DNA of 55,785 bases. Origin: Syntrophaceae bacterium UBA4810. GTDB lineage: Bacteria > Desulfobacterota > Syntrophia > Syntrophales > Smithellaceae. The stretch covers positions 1-55,785 of the forward strand of contig DHGA01000011.1 of assembly GCA_002402545.1 (NCBI GenBank). The letters run 5' to 3'. Positions within the stretch are counted from its first letter, which is position 1. Each line of letters starts with the position of its first letter. The notes beneath the pieces are model-generated. The model had not been told where the DNA came from, searched no databases, and worked only from the letters and a program-made list of their open reading frames with translations. This document shows positions 17,705-27,852 of this stretch, piece after piece. A program made the translations under genes and the position numbers.

Positions 17705-18297
17705 TTTGCATCCTTAACAATAGTAAGAATATAATCACGCGCTTCCCGAGCCAGCTCCTGGCTTTCCACCAGCAATGATATCTCATTGTTATATTTAAGG
17801 GCGGATTGCGTCCAGTTATGGCTGCCCAGAATAACCAGGCGCTGATCGATGACAATAAGTTTTGTATGCGTTGTTTTTTTTGGTGAATCTAAATAAACAA
17901 CAACTCCCTGCTCTTCCAGCAGCTTTTTTGTTTTTCGGTTTTGCGCGCTCAGTTCATCGTTTGTTTTCCCCGTGATTTCCAGAACAACCTTGACATCTAC
18001 GCCTCTTTTTACCGCGCGCCCCAGATGCGCCAGAATCCGGTCGGGATAACTTCTTTTATGCACACCGGCACGAAAAGAAAAAATAGATATGAATATTTCG
18101 TCACGGGCTTCATCAATCACATTGATCAGCGCGGGCAAAAAATCATTATTTTTAAGCACCACCACCGGGCAACCAGACCCCGGGTTCCCCGAACTGGTGA
18201 TAGTTTTTTTCCCGCCCGCGTCAGCATTTGCCAAAAAAACAACAAACAGCAAGAATATGACATGCGCGGCTATTAATTTTTTCCCGGTAATAAACAT
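17701..18297 (-). CDS. Single-HKD phospholipase D / Nuc-like exported protein
   Basis: HTKLIVID...LGSHNWTQSAL..NNE. The probable start is ATG 18297 with a signal peptide, because the longer track start runs through the dnaK terminator. Confidence 0.82.
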   Translation of the reverse strand: MFITGKKLIAAHVIFLLFVVFLANADAGGKKTITSSGNPGSGCPVVVLKNNDFLPALINVIDEARDEIFISIFSFRAGVHKRSYPDRILAHLGRAVKRGVDVKVVLEITGKTNDELSAQNRKTKKLLEEQGVVVYLDSPKKTTHTKLIVIDQRLVILGSHNWTQSALKYNNEISLLVESQELAREARDYILTIVKDAK

Positions 18298-18357
18298 TTT
18301 TATAGACTGCTCACAATTTTCGCCGCATTGTATATTATTTTTAAACGGCAGTCGATA

Positions 18358-18396
18358 CAAAAAAGCCCGAAACAAAACAAGCTGTTTCGGGCTTTT
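18358..18396 (-). terminator. Intrinsic terminator after dnaK
   Basis: AAAAGCCCGAAACA / TGTTTCGGGCTTTT inverted repeat with a minus-strand U6. Confidence 0.8.
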
Positions 18397-18409
18397 GAAC
18401 AAAGATATT

Positions 18410-20332
18410 TTATTTCACTTCTTCAAAATCAGCGTCTACAACGTCATCATCTTTTTTGCCGGAAGACTGTCCGGAATCGCCGCCTTGCTGCTGCGCGCCT
18501 TCGCCTCCTGCCGGACCGCCCGCTCCGGAGGTTTTCGCGTACATAGCTTCCGCCAGCTTATGAGAAGCGCTCATTAATTCATCCTGCGCTTTTTTGATGG
18601 CCTGGGCGTCGTCTCCTTCCATGGCTTTCTTTGTCTTAGCCATCGCCTCTTCTATCTTGGTTTTTTCTGCCGCGTCCACCTTATCGCCGAATTCCTTGAT
18701 ATTCTTTTCGACGCTGTAGATCATGGAATCCGCCTGGTTTCTCGCTTCGATTAACTCCTTGCGGCGTTTGTCTTCTTCGGCGTGCTGCTCCGCGTCACGC
18801 ACCAGTTTTTTAATTTCTTCTTCGGAAAGTCCGCTGGACGCGGTAATTTTAATGCTCTGCTCTTTTCCCGTACCCAGATCCTTCGCGTTGACATGCACAA
18901 TACCGTTAGCGTCAATATCAAAAGTTACTTCAATTTGGGGCATGCCGCGCGGCGCGGGAGGTATGCCTACCAGCTCAAAGCGCCCCAATGTTCGGTTGTC
19001 CGGGGCCATCTGGCGCTCGCCCTGCAGAACATGAATACTCACCGCCGGCTGATTATCCGCCGCCGTGGAAAAGATTTGACTCTTCTTGGTAGGTATCGTC
19101 GTGTTTTTCTCGATCAGCCTGGTCATCACACCGCCCAGCGTTTCAATACCGAGGGAAAGCGGCGTTACGTCCAGCAGCAACACGTCCTTGACGTCTCCGG
19201 CCAGAACACCGCCCTGAATTGCCGCGCCGATTGCGACTACTTCATCCGGATTCACGCCCTTGTGCGGTTCCTTGCCGAAAATTTCTTTGACTTTCTGCTG
19301 AACGCGGGGCATACGCGTCATGCCGCCGACCAGAATAACCTCATCAATATTTTTCGCGGATAAATTAGCGTCTTTAATCGCGGTCTGGCAGGGCCCTATT
19401 ACTTTATCAATCAGTTCTTCCACCAGAGATTCCAGCTTCGCGCGCGTAAGTTTGATATTCATATGTTTCGGACCGGAAGCGTCGGCGGTAACAAAAGGCA
19501 GATTAATATCCGTCTCCATGGTTGTGGAAAGTTCCATCTTCGCCTTTTCCGCCGCTTCTTTCAGGCGCTGCAGTGCCATTTTGTCATTCCTTAAATCAAT
19601 GCCCTGGTCTTTTTTAAATTCCGCGACAAGATAATCCATTACGCGCTGGTCGAAGTCTTCACCTCCCAGATGGGTATCGCCATTGGTGGATTTAACTTCA
19701 AAAACACCTTCGCCTAGTTCTAAAATAGATATATCAAAAGTCCCTCCGCCCAGATCGAACACGGCGATTTTTTCATCTTTCTTCTTGTCCAGGCCATAAG
19801 CGAGCGCCGCGGCTGTCGGCTCATTGATGATACGCAGCACATTCAATCCGGCGATGCGTCCGGCGTCTTTGGTCGCCTGTCTCTGTGAATCGTTAAAATA
19901 AGCCGGAACAGTAATAACCGCGTCTGTTACTTTTTCACCCAGGTAATCTTCCGCCGTCTGTTTCATCTTCGTAAGAATCATAGCGGAAATTTCGGCGGGC
20001 GAATAATTCTTTCCGCGTACTGTCACCTGAGCGTCGCCGTTCGACGCCTGCGTTATTTTATAAGGACTGATTTTAACGTCATACTGAACTTCTTTAGAAT
20101 CAAATTTTCTTCCGATAAGCCTTTTGACGGCATAAACTGTGTTTTCCGAATTGGTTACGGCCTGCCTTTTGGCTACCTGCCCCACCAGCCTCTCTCCGTT
20201 TTCCGTAATCGCCACGACCGATGGCGTGGTACGATTACCTTCCTGATTGGCAATAACGACCGGATCCCCTCCTTCCATTATGGCCACACAAGAATTAGTT
20301 GTTCCCAGATCAATCCCGATAATTTTTCCCAT
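18410..20332 (-). CDS. dnaK: Chaperone DnaK (Hsp70)
   Basis: [25 protein letters not shown] and C-terminal DADFEEVK. Confidence 0.99.
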   Translation of the reverse strand: MGKIIGIDLGTTNSCVAIMEGGDPVVIANQEGNRTTPSVVAITENGERLVGQVAKRQAVTNSENTVYAVKRLIGRKFDSKEVQYDVKISPYKITQASNGDAQVTVRGKNYSPAEISAMILTKMKQTAEDYLGEKVTDAVITVPAYFNDSQRQATKDAGRIAGLNVLRIINEPTAAALAYGLDKKKDEKIAVFDLGGGTFDISILELGEGVFEVKSTNGDTHLGGEDFDQRVMDYLVAEFKKDQGIDLRNDKMALQRLKEAAEKAKMELSTTMETDINLPFVTADASGPKHMNIKLTRAKLESLVEELIDKVIGPCQTAIKDANLSAKNIDEVILVGGMTRMPRVQQKVKEIFGKEPHKGVNPDEVVAIGAAIQGGVLAGDVKDVLLLDVTPLSLGIETLGGVMTRLIEKNTTIPTKKSQIFSTAADNQPAVSIHVLQGERQMAPDNRTLGRFELVGIPPAPRGMPQIEVTFDIDANGIVHVNAKDLGTGKEQSIKITASSGLSEEEIKKLVRDAEQHAEEDKRRKELIEARNQADSMIYSVEKNIKEFGDKVDAAEKTKIEEAMAKTKKAMEGDDAQAIKKAQDELMSASHKLAEAMYAKTSGAGGPAGGEGAQQQGGDSGQSSGKKDDDVVDADFEEVK

Positions 20333-20342
20333 TTTTTACCTC

Positions 20343-20936
20343 CTATTCTCCATTATCCGCGTTTTTATCGCTTGTATCATTTTTTTTATTATTTCTCTTG
20401 CACACGCAAACTTTTGAAGGTCTTAACAACCTGCCGTTTAGTAAATATCCTGTGGCTATTTCGTTAATAACCTTATTTTCATCGTGCTCGTCGCTGTGCA
20501 TGTGCATCATTGCTTCGTGAAAATTCGGGTCAAAATCTCCCCCGGCGCTTTCAATTTTTTCCACGCCGTGTTTTTTCAAACAACATAAAAGCTGATCCTG
20601 AATTAATTTAATGCCGTCTTTAAAGCTGTCCAGCTCGGCGGAACCTGTGTGCTCCATAGCCCTGTCCAGACTGTCCATAAAAGGCAAAATATCTTTGATC
20701 AGTTCTTCGTTGGCGAATTTGATTGTATCTGTTTTGTCTTTTAGTGCGCGTTTTTTATAATTGTCAAAATCCGCGACCATGCGCAGATATTTATCATAAT
20801 TCTCCGCAGCTTCTTTCTCCTTTTCCTGAAGTTTCGCCGTCAGCTCATCAATTTCGCTTACAGACGCTGCCCCTTCTTCCTGGGAACGCGCAATTTTCGC
20901 GTCGTGTTTTATGCCGTGATCTTTTTTACCCTTCAC
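20343..20936 (-). CDS. grpE: Nucleotide exchange factor GrpE
   Basis: YLRMVADFDNYKKR, FDPNFHEA and GYLLNGRLLRPSKV, directly upstream of dnaK. Confidence 0.96.
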   Translation of the reverse strand: MKGKKDHGIKHDAKIARSQEEGAASVSEIDELTAKLQEKEKEAAENYDKYLRMVADFDNYKKRALKDKTDTIKFANEELIKDILPFMDSLDRAMEHTGSAELDSFKDGIKLIQDQLLCCLKKHGVEKIESAGGDFDPNFHEAMMHMHSDEHDENKVINEIATGYLLNGRLLRPSKVCVCKRNNKKNDTSDKNADNGE

Positions 20937-20955
20937 TATAACCTCGTGCTCATTT

Positions 20956-21552
20956 CTATTTTAAATCAGGTTTCTGAAAAAGCTTAATATCCACAAGCTC
21001 GCAAATCACGTGACTGGCGGTGATATGCGCTTCCTGAACACGCGCCGTATGCGACGCGGATACATGGACTGAAAAATCAGCCATTTTTGCTATTGCCCCT
21101 CCGTCTTTGCCGGTAAACGCAATCGTTATCAATCCCATTTTTTTTGCCGTTTCCATGCCCTTAATGACATTCGGGGAATTACCGCTCGTGCTGATTCCCC
21201 AGGCTATGTCACCTGCCTGGCCAATCGCCCGGATTTGCTTGGCGAATATTTCCGCGAAATCATAATCATTGCCGATACTCGTTATTATTGATGTATCAGT
21301 CGTCAGAGCAATCGCCGGCAGAGGCGGCCTCTCTATCGTAAAGCGGTTGACAAATTCGGCGGCTATGTGCTGCGCGTCGGCGGCGGATCCTCCGTTGCCG
21401 AAAAGCAATATTTTATTGCCGGATTTCAGCGCCGCGGTTATTGCTTCAATGACATCTGACAATTTGCCTAAATTTTCATTCAAGAAATTCTCTTTGACGC
21501 GGCCGCTTTCTTTAAATATTTTTACTATATGATCCTGCATGGGCACCTTCAA
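20956..21552 (-). CDS. gmhA: D-sedoheptulose-7-phosphate isomerase
   Basis: GNGGSAADAQHIAAE, GNDYDF, ISTSGNS and RVQEAH. Confidence 0.96.
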   Translation of the reverse strand: MKVPMQDHIVKIFKESGRVKENFLNENLGKLSDVIEAITAALKSGNKILLFGNGGSAADAQHIAAEFVNRFTIERPPLPAIALTTDTSIITSIGNDYDFAEIFAKQIRAIGQAGDIAWGISTSGNSPNVIKGMETAKKMGLITIAFTGKDGGAIAKMADFSVHVSASHTARVQEAHITASHVICELVDIKLFQKPDLK

Positions 21553-21586
21553 TTACCGCAAATGATTATGTTTTCAAATCTGTGCT

Positions 21587-21716
21587 AATATATTTACCGG
21601 TATTTGGCATGTCAAGGGTATGAGCTGATAATTTCTGGATTTTTCAATGTTTTAACCCGAAAAGATACGGTCATTCACAAGTGATCTTGACAACGAAATT
21701 TTCATAAATATATTTA
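21587..21716. promoter_or_regulatory. Back-to-back promoters for gmhA-grpE-dnaK and the Hsp20 cluster
   Basis: CTTGACA-N13-TAAATATATT on the minus strand (21587-21616) and CTTGACA-N12-TAAATATATT on the plus strand (21686-21714). Confidence 0.6.
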
Positions 21717-21783
21717 CAGTAAATAGGTAAAATAACCAATAAAAGCAAAAGGTTATAAAATTAATTAGAAAGGAGATTAGTTT

Positions 21784-22227
21784 ATGTTCACGCCAAGTTT
21801 TTGGAGAAGGAGAAGATTTTCAGAAAGTGTTCCAGAAATTCTGCGCCTACAACAGGAGATGAACAGACTCTTTTCCAACGCCGGACAAAGCGCGTCCATT
21901 GATTACCCAGCGATAAATGTGTGGGAAAAAAATGGAGCCGCGGTGGTTACAGCGGAGTTACCGGGAATGAGCATTGAAAACATTGACATTTCCGTAACGG
22001 ACAATGTTTTAACGATTTCCGGAACAAAAAAAGCTCATGAACTTAAAGAGGGAGAAAGTTATCTGAGACAAGAAAGAATTCCGGGCAGTTTTCAGCGCAA
22101 TGTGCAGCTTCCTTTTCGCGTGGATTCAAAAGAAGTTGACGCGAAATACGAAAAAGGGGTTCTCGTCGTTACCTTGCCGAGACTCAAAGAAGATCTGCCG
22201 AAAAAAATTAAAATTAACGTGAATTAA
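21784..22227 (+). CDS. Hsp20/alpha-crystallin small heat-shock protein 1
   Basis: LQQEMNRLF, PAINVWE, AELPG, ER..GSFQR.V.LP and A.YEKGVL.V.LP. Confidence 0.95.
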   Translation: MFTPSFWRRRRFSESVPEILRLQQEMNRLFSNAGQSASIDYPAINVWEKNGAAVVTAELPGMSIENIDISVTDNVLTISGTKKAHELKEGESYLRQERIPGSFQRNVQLPFRVDSKEVDAKYEKGVLVVTLPRLKEDLPKKIKINVN

Positions 22228-22252
22228 AATTAAAGAAGGGAGGCCAGTAACA

Positions 22253-22645
22253 ATGTCGGAAAAAGAACTGCAAAAGACAGAAAACGCGGCGGCGGCGGAA
22301 AAAATCCGTAACGTGAAAACCTTCGTTCCGCGCGTCGATATTTACGAGACCAAAGAATCAATATTTTTGATCGCCGATATGCCCGGCGTTGACGAAAAGA
22401 CAGTAGAAGTTGAACTGGAAAAAAACATTTTAACAATTACCGGGTGGACAGACGAGGGTAAATTAAAAGATCACTCTCTTTTATTTTCTGAGTATGAAAC
22501 AGGAGATTACGAGCGGTCTTTTACTTTATCTGATGAAATAGACCGGGAAAAAATAAACGCGACGGTAAAACAGGGCGTTTTGCTCCTGGAATTGCCAAAG
22601 GCGGAAAAAATCAAACCGAAAAAAATCGCCATTAAAGCGGCGTAA
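22253..22645 (+). CDS. Hsp20 small heat-shock protein 2
   Basis: PRVDIYE, ADMPGV, YERSFTL and GVLLLELPK...PKKIAIK. Confidence 0.95.
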   Translation: MSEKELQKTENAAAAEKIRNVKTFVPRVDIYETKESIFLIADMPGVDEKTVEVELEKNILTITGWTDEGKLKDHSLLFSEYETGDYERSFTLSDEIDREKINATVKQGVLLLELPKAEKIKPKKIAIKAA

Positions 22646-22678
22646 AATATTAAGTTTAAAGAAAGGAGGAAATGATTT

Positions 22679-23173
22679 ATGAAAATCAGAAATCTGTTGC
22701 CGGCGGTTCGTTCCGGCAAAGAACAAGAAATTGATCATCCCTTCTATTCTCTGCAGCGCGAGATGAACAGCCTTTTTGACAATTTCTTCCGCGGTTTTGA
22801 CATATCCCCACGGGGATTTTATGAGGGCGATTTAGGGGGATTCAGTCCTTCCATCGATGTGAAGGAAAACGAAAAAGAGTTCATTATCAAAGCGGAAATT
22901 CCCGGCGTGGAAGAAAAAGATGTTGAGGTAACTGTAAGCAACGATTCGGTAACGATCAAGGGAGAAAAAAAAGAGGAAAAAGAAGATAAGGACAAAAACT
23001 ACTATTACATGGAAAGATCCTATGGATCATTTCACAGGGTGATTCCTCTGGCCACGGAAGTTGAATCCGGCAAAGCTCAAGCTAGTTTTAAAAACGGGGT
23101 TATCGACATCAAAATTCCGAAAAGCCAAACTGCTCAATCGAAGGGAGTTAAAATACCGATAAAAACCGGTTAA
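22679..23173 (+). CDS. Hsp20 small heat-shock protein 3
   Basis: LQREMNSLFD, PSIDVKE, AEIPG, ERSYGSFHR.IPL and FKNGVI.I.IPK. Confidence 0.95.
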   Translation: MKIRNLLPAVRSGKEQEIDHPFYSLQREMNSLFDNFFRGFDISPRGFYEGDLGGFSPSIDVKENEKEFIIKAEIPGVEEKDVEVTVSNDSVTIKGEKKEEKEDKDKNYYYMERSYGSFHRVIPLATEVESGKAQASFKNGVIDIKIPKSQTAQSKGVKIPIKTG

Positions 23174-23175
23174 AC

Positions 23176-23209
23176 TGTTTCCCTGCCCTTGGAAAAGGGC
23201 AGGGAAACA
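23176..23209. terminator. Hairpin between convergent Hsp20 and fdhE-like genes
   Basis: 15-bp perfect stem TGTTTCCCTGCCCTT-GGAA-AAGGGCAGGGAAACA. Confidence 0.75.
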
Positions 23210-23211
23210 AA

Positions 23212-24075
23212 TTAATTATATCCCTCGTCGTAAGCGATCATATCCAAATGCAGGGTAGCAATATCTTCCACATCCAGATTGAGCTCTTCGCTTGATTTGG
23301 GTAGTTCCACAATTTTGATATAGCGGCGGCACTTATTGCACACATCAACCCGGTGGCGCTCTTCCCCTTCGACGGCAAAATAAGCCAGGGAATGCTGTTC
23401 ATCATTGCCGCAAAACGGGCACTTGATCCGGCGAAAGTGCCATTTAAAACCGCACTGATTGCAGAAAAGATATCTCCTGCCGTCTTCACCAGCGCGTATT
23501 TCGCCTATCTTCGGCTCTTTGCCGCAAATCGGGCAATAACCTTCCGACCAGCCCGCTTTCTCCACGGCAGCGCCGTATTTTTCAGCAACTTTCTCCAACT
23601 CCGGCCGCAGACTTTCTTCGGCAAAAAGATCTATCAGATCAAAATTATCCTGATCTTCGACGGCAGAAGAAACAATTTCTGTCGCGCTTTCTTCCTTCGC
23701 GTCGCTATCAACACAATCAAAAGAAGACTTGATCATTTTTTCCCAATTAAATTCGTCGCTGTTAATAAAATCCGTTATTTCTTTTCCCGCCTGCGGCATT
23801 CTTTTTTCCGCGATAGCGATGAGAGATTGAAAATATTTTTTGGGGCGCGACAAATCATATTCTTTACCGGCTATATCAACCAGGGGAAGGCCGCCTTCCA
23901 TCTTTTGCGCGAGCAGGCTCTCTTGCACATCAAAGATGGACTCACTCATGTTTTTACGGTATTCCTCCCGTAAAACAAGAATATCCGCCAGTATATCCAG
24001 CAAATCAGCGTAATGGGGATTCACTGATTTATAATTTTCTATAGTTTTTAAAGAATCTCGCAGTGTTACAGTCAT
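23212..24075 (-). CDS. fdhE: Formate dehydrogenase accessory protein FdhE-like
   Basis: WSEGYCPICG..P, RYLFCNQC...W.F.R.KCPFCGN, VDVCNKC.RYIK and DIATLHLD.IA..EGY. Confidence 0.85.
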   Translation of the reverse strand: MTVTLRDSLKTIENYKSVNPHYADLLDILADILVLREEYRKNMSESIFDVQESLLAQKMEGGLPLVDIAGKEYDLSRPKKYFQSLIAIAEKRMPQAGKEITDFINSDEFNWEKMIKSSFDCVDSDAKEESATEIVSSAVEDQDNFDLIDLFAEESLRPELEKVAEKYGAAVEKAGWSEGYCPICGKEPKIGEIRAGEDGRRYLFCNQCGFKWHFRRIKCPFCGNDEQHSLAYFAVEGEERHRVDVCNKCRRYIKIVELPKSSEELNLDVEDIATLHLDMIAYDEGYN

Positions 24076-24212
24076 TCGTTATTCTCCTGTTTAAGTCTTT
24101 CCTTAATTGTTCAGCGCGTCTATATCTGCTTTCACAGGTATGTTCAAGGAATATTTATGACGCGCGCTACGCCTTTTATTTCGGCATCCAGTTTTTCATA
24201 TTTATATTTTAA

Positions 24213-25652
24213 TCAGTAAAACAAAAAAGTCATCAGCAGAAATAAAACAATTAAAATGGGGAGAGAATATTTCAGCATATAACCAAAAAAAGTAGGCATA
24301 TTCACGCCTGCTTCTTCGGCAATAGATTTAACCATAAAATTCGGCGCGTTGCCGATATAAGTGTTTGCTCCCATAAAAACGGCCCCGGTGGATATAGCCA
24401 TCAGATAAGGAACCTTCTCTACAATTAAAGCGGATACCGCCTGCGCTTCTGGCACCCCGGGATAAAACTTGCCGATGACACCGTTGAAAAAAGTCAAATA
24501 GGTGGGCGCGTTATCCAGAAAACTGGAAAGGCATCCAACCAGCCAGAAATATTGCTGCGGATGCTCCAATCCCTTTACTAAAAAAGCCAGGGCGCCGCGT
24601 TCGCCCGCCTTCAATATCGCCAGCGCGGGAACAATAGTAATAAATATGCCGGCAAAAAGATAAGCCACTTCCATAATCGGCGCCCAACTGAATTCGTTTC
24701 CTTTGCGAACATCCGGCGATGTCCAGATTAGCGAAAGGCCTCCCATAAAAATCAAAACCACGTCTCTTATTAAATTTTCTATATCCTGCGAAACACCAAA
24801 GATCTCCACATTGCCAAGTTTAACTGTCCCGCTAAATAACACAGCCGCGATAATACCTGCCAAAAAAATAAAATTGCGGCGTCCCTTGATGCTCAAAGGT
24901 TCGGCAATGGATTCCTCTGTATCATTTTTAATTTCCTTTTTATAATACCAGGAATCTGCAACAAAATATAAAATCAAAAGAACGGCGGAGGCAAACGCCA
25001 TTTTGGGAAAAAGATTCAAAGTCCAAAAAAACGGAACGCCGTGCAAAAATCCGAGAAAAAGCGGCGGGTCACCCAAAGGCGTCAGCGAGCCGCCGATATT
25101 GCTGACCAGAAAAATAAAAAACACTATTGTATGAACCTTGTGCGCGCGCCAGGAATTGGAACGCAATATCGGCCTTATTAAAAGCATCGAGGCGCCGGTA
25201 GTGCCGATCACGGACGCCAGCATCGTACCGATTAGCAAAATGACCGTATTGACAGCGGGCGTTCCTTTCAAAGAACCCTTGATATAAATGCCTCCGGCTA
25301 CAGTGAACAATGACCAAAGCAAAAGTATAAAAGGAATGTAATCGATAATAATCACGTGAATTATTTCATGAAGCGCTTGTCCCCTAAAGAAAAATAAAAA
25401 AGGCGCACTAAAAACCACCGCCCAAAAAGCGGAAATTTTAGGAAAATGATGATGCCAGAGACGGGGAGCGAAAAGAGGCACCAGCGCAATGGAAAGCAAA
25501 ATACCGACAAAAGGCGCCACTGACCACAGCGGAAGAACAACACCTAGTTCCGCGCCCGTAACCGGCTCGGCTGATGAACCTGCAAAGCATGGCGCGGCAA
25601 ACGCAAGAAGCGATACCAGATAAAACAGCAAAACGCGGATAAACAACTTCAT
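24213..25652 (-). CDS. Putative Na+/H+ antiporter (IT superfamily)
   Basis: Many TM segments, IGTTGASMLLIRP, SNIGGSLTPLGDPPLFLGF, SSFLDNAPTY and YIGNAPNFMV. Confidence 0.82.
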   Translation of the reverse strand: MKLFIRVLLFYLVSLLAFAAPCFAGSSAEPVTGAELGVVLPLWSVAPFVGILLSIALVPLFAPRLWHHHFPKISAFWAVVFSAPFLFFFRGQALHEIIHVIIIDYIPFILLLWSLFTVAGGIYIKGSLKGTPAVNTVILLIGTMLASVIGTTGASMLLIRPILRSNSWRAHKVHTIVFFIFLVSNIGGSLTPLGDPPLFLGFLHGVPFFWTLNLFPKMAFASAVLLILYFVADSWYYKKEIKNDTEESIAEPLSIKGRRNFIFLAGIIAAVLFSGTVKLGNVEIFGVSQDIENLIRDVVLIFMGGLSLIWTSPDVRKGNEFSWAPIMEVAYLFAGIFITIVPALAILKAGERGALAFLVKGLEHPQQYFWLVGCLSSFLDNAPTYLTFFNGVIGKFYPGVPEAQAVSALIVEKVPYLMAISTGAVFMGANTYIGNAPNFMVKSIAEEAGVNMPTFFGYMLKYSLPILIVLFLLMTFLFY

Positions 25653-25798
25653 AAAAGCAAGTTTCTGTTTGATATTTTTATACCCAAAAAAAGCATTTGA
25701 TAAAATAATTTAAGCGCAAGATATACCTTGCGCTCTTTTTTATTTACCACACAAGCAACATTTTCACTATCAATAATAACTATATATGAAGCCTTGCG

Positions 25799-26851
25799 CT
25801 ATGTTTCACGCGGGATAAACAAAGTTTGCGTGGGGTAGGCAAATTCAATGCCTTCTTCCTGGAAATGTCCGAACATCTCCAGATTAATCGCTTCCTGAAC
25901 ATCCATATAAACACCAAATTCAGGGTTGGTCACATAATAAACAACCTCAAAATTGAGCGAAAAATCACCATATTCCTTAAAATGAACCCGATCCAGGCGC
26001 GCTTGCGGCTGATCCTTAATGATTTCTTTGATTATTTTATCAATCAGTTTGAGTTTTTCCAGGGATGTTTGATAGACGACACCGAATCCAAACACGATAC
26101 GACGTTCCGACATCCTTTTATAGTTACGGATACGGCTTTTTAAAAGATCGTTGTTGGAAAAAATCATCTGTTCACCGCTGATACTTCTGATGCGCGTGGT
26201 TTTCAAACCGATATGCTCGATCGTACCCATCAGATCGTCAACGACAATAAAATCACCAATTACAAAAGGTTTATCCAGAACAATGGAAAGCGACGCGAAC
26301 AAATCTCCGAGAATATTTTGCAAAGCCAGCGCGATGGCAATACCGCCGATGCCCAAACCGGCAACCAGGCTGGTGATATCGACTCCCAGATTATCGAGAA
26401 TCAGAAGCAATACGATTGACCACAAAAAAACGCGCGCCACAAAGCCAAGAAAAGATATTGTTGTGGCGCTGGACGAATCCTCGCTCATGCGCTTTTTTAC
26501 CGCGCGTCCCAGCCAGAAGTTGATACCGCTGCCCGCCCAGAATCCCGCCTGCAAAATCAAAACAAAAATAAATATTTTATAGTTTAAGGCTATTATACCG
26601 GGCTTGAGGTTAAGAAAATTCAGGCCCGCGTAAAAAGAAATAACCAGCAGGGTTAAAATTTTTGTTTTTGCCAAAATATCCGCCAGTAAATCGTCGATCT
26701 GGTTTTCTGTTTTTCTGGCCAATATAGATAACTTGGAAATGGCGATTTTCTGGACAATCTTCAAAACAGTAAAAACAATCATGATAATGGAAAATGCTAT
26801 TGTCCAATCCTTTATTGAATTACCAAAATAAACATCCTGCCAAAACATCAC
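25799..26851 (-). CDS. Small-conductance mechanosensitive channel (MscS family)
   Basis: AGLGIGGIAIALALQ..LGDLFAS.SI..DKPF.IGD and IGLKTTRIRS. TTGACA-N16-TATAAT upstream (26965-26992). Confidence 0.93.
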   Translation of the reverse strand: MMFWQDVYFGNSIKDWTIAFSIIMIVFTVLKIVQKIAISKLSILARKTENQIDDLLADILAKTKILTLLVISFYAGLNFLNLKPGIIALNYKIFIFVLILQAGFWAGSGINFWLGRAVKKRMSEDSSSATTISFLGFVARVFLWSIVLLLILDNLGVDITSLVAGLGIGGIAIALALQNILGDLFASLSIVLDKPFVIGDFIVVDDLMGTIEHIGLKTTRIRSISGEQMIFSNNDLLKSRIRNYKRMSERRIVFGFGVVYQTSLEKLKLIDKIIKEIIKDQPQARLDRVHFKEYGDFSLNFEVVYYVTNPEFGVYMDVQEAINLEMFGHFQEEGIEFAYPTQTLFIPRET

Positions 26852-27042
26852 TCGGGGCTCCTTTTAAAAAACATTTTTATTAAAAAATAAAATCATTCCC
26901 GCTGTACAAAAAATATCAACCGGGCGAATAAAAGAAAAAATGACAACAAAATATACTGGAATGAATTATATACAAGCATCGGCATATGTCAACATTTTCA
27001 GCTTAATGTCTAAAAAGACATTTGATTACTTTTTAATAATTA

Positions 27043-27071
27043 TTGACATAGGAGAACCGCGCCCTTATACT
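27043..27071 (+). promoter_or_regulatory. Sigma70-type promoter
   Basis: TTGACA-N17-TATACT. Confidence 0.7.
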
Positions 27072-27095
27072 TTCGCAAAAAAGGGCATATAAAAA

Positions 27096-27710
27096 ATGGA
27101 CTTGGCGTCTTTTTACAATTCTGAATTATTTACTCTTGTTATTATCCCTCTGCTTATTTTTATGGCGCGCATCTGTGACGTCACGCTGGATACCGCGCGC
27201 ATTATTTACGTATCCCGCGGCATGAAATTATTAGCAGCGGTTATCGGATTTTTTGAAGTTCTTATCTGGCTTATATCCATCACTCAGATTATCCATAACC
27301 TGACCAACATCATTTATTACGTAGCTTATGCCGGCGGCTTTGCCATGGGAAATTATATCGGCATATACATAGAAGAGCGTATGGCCATCGGTACGGTGGT
27401 TATCAGAATAATCACGCAAAAAGAAGCGGCGGGTCTTGTCGATTGCCTCAAAAGCGAAGGTTATGGAGTAACCTATATTGACGCCAAAGGCTCCATGGGG
27501 CCGGTAAAAGTTGTTTTTACTATTATCAAAAGAAAGGATATCCGGCACGTGCTCAATATCCTTCGCAAATTCAACCCTCTGTCTTTTTATACTATAGAGG
27601 ACATCCGTTCTTTCCGTGAAGGAGTTTTTAGAAAAAAACCCAAAAAATCATTTATCCCCAAAATAAATAGAAAACATAAATCCAAAGAAAAATCTCACGA
27701 AAAAGACTGA
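27096..27710 (+). CDS. UPF0316 / DUF2179 membrane protein
   Basis: IFMARICDVTL.T.R, GFFEVLIW, YAGGFAMGNYIG and GYGVT...A.G..G. Confidence 0.85.
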   Translation: MDLASFYNSELFTLVIIPLLIFMARICDVTLDTARIIYVSRGMKLLAAVIGFFEVLIWLISITQIIHNLTNIIYYVAYAGGFAMGNYIGIYIEERMAIGTVVIRIITQKEAAGLVDCLKSEGYGVTYIDAKGSMGPVKVVFTIIKRKDIRHVLNILRKFNPLSFYTIEDIRSFREGVFRKKPKKSFIPKINRKHKSKEKSHEKD

Positions 27711-27852
27711 GATTCCGGCCTTTATGCCGCTTTATTATATTGTATTATCAACGCCATAGAGATTTCCGATCGTGGGCGAATCTTATATGCTTGACAGGTC
27801 TTTTATTTTGCTAAACAATATTAAAATATAAAAAAATCAAAGGAGGTAATCT

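Noticed and set aside
18298..18402. N-terminal 35 aa of the PLD ORF in the track
   Set aside because: It spans the dnaK terminator, and the signal peptide begins at ATG 18297.
21580..21610. CIRCE element (TTAGCAC half-site on the minus strand)
   Set aside because: No matching GAGTGCTAA arm at the 9-nt spacing.
25712..25742. Hairpin GCGCAAG-ATATAC-CTTGCGC with a plus-strand T run between two minus-strand genes
   Set aside because: No plus-strand promoter or transcript evidence. It may be a weak mscS terminator or overlap the antiporter promoter.
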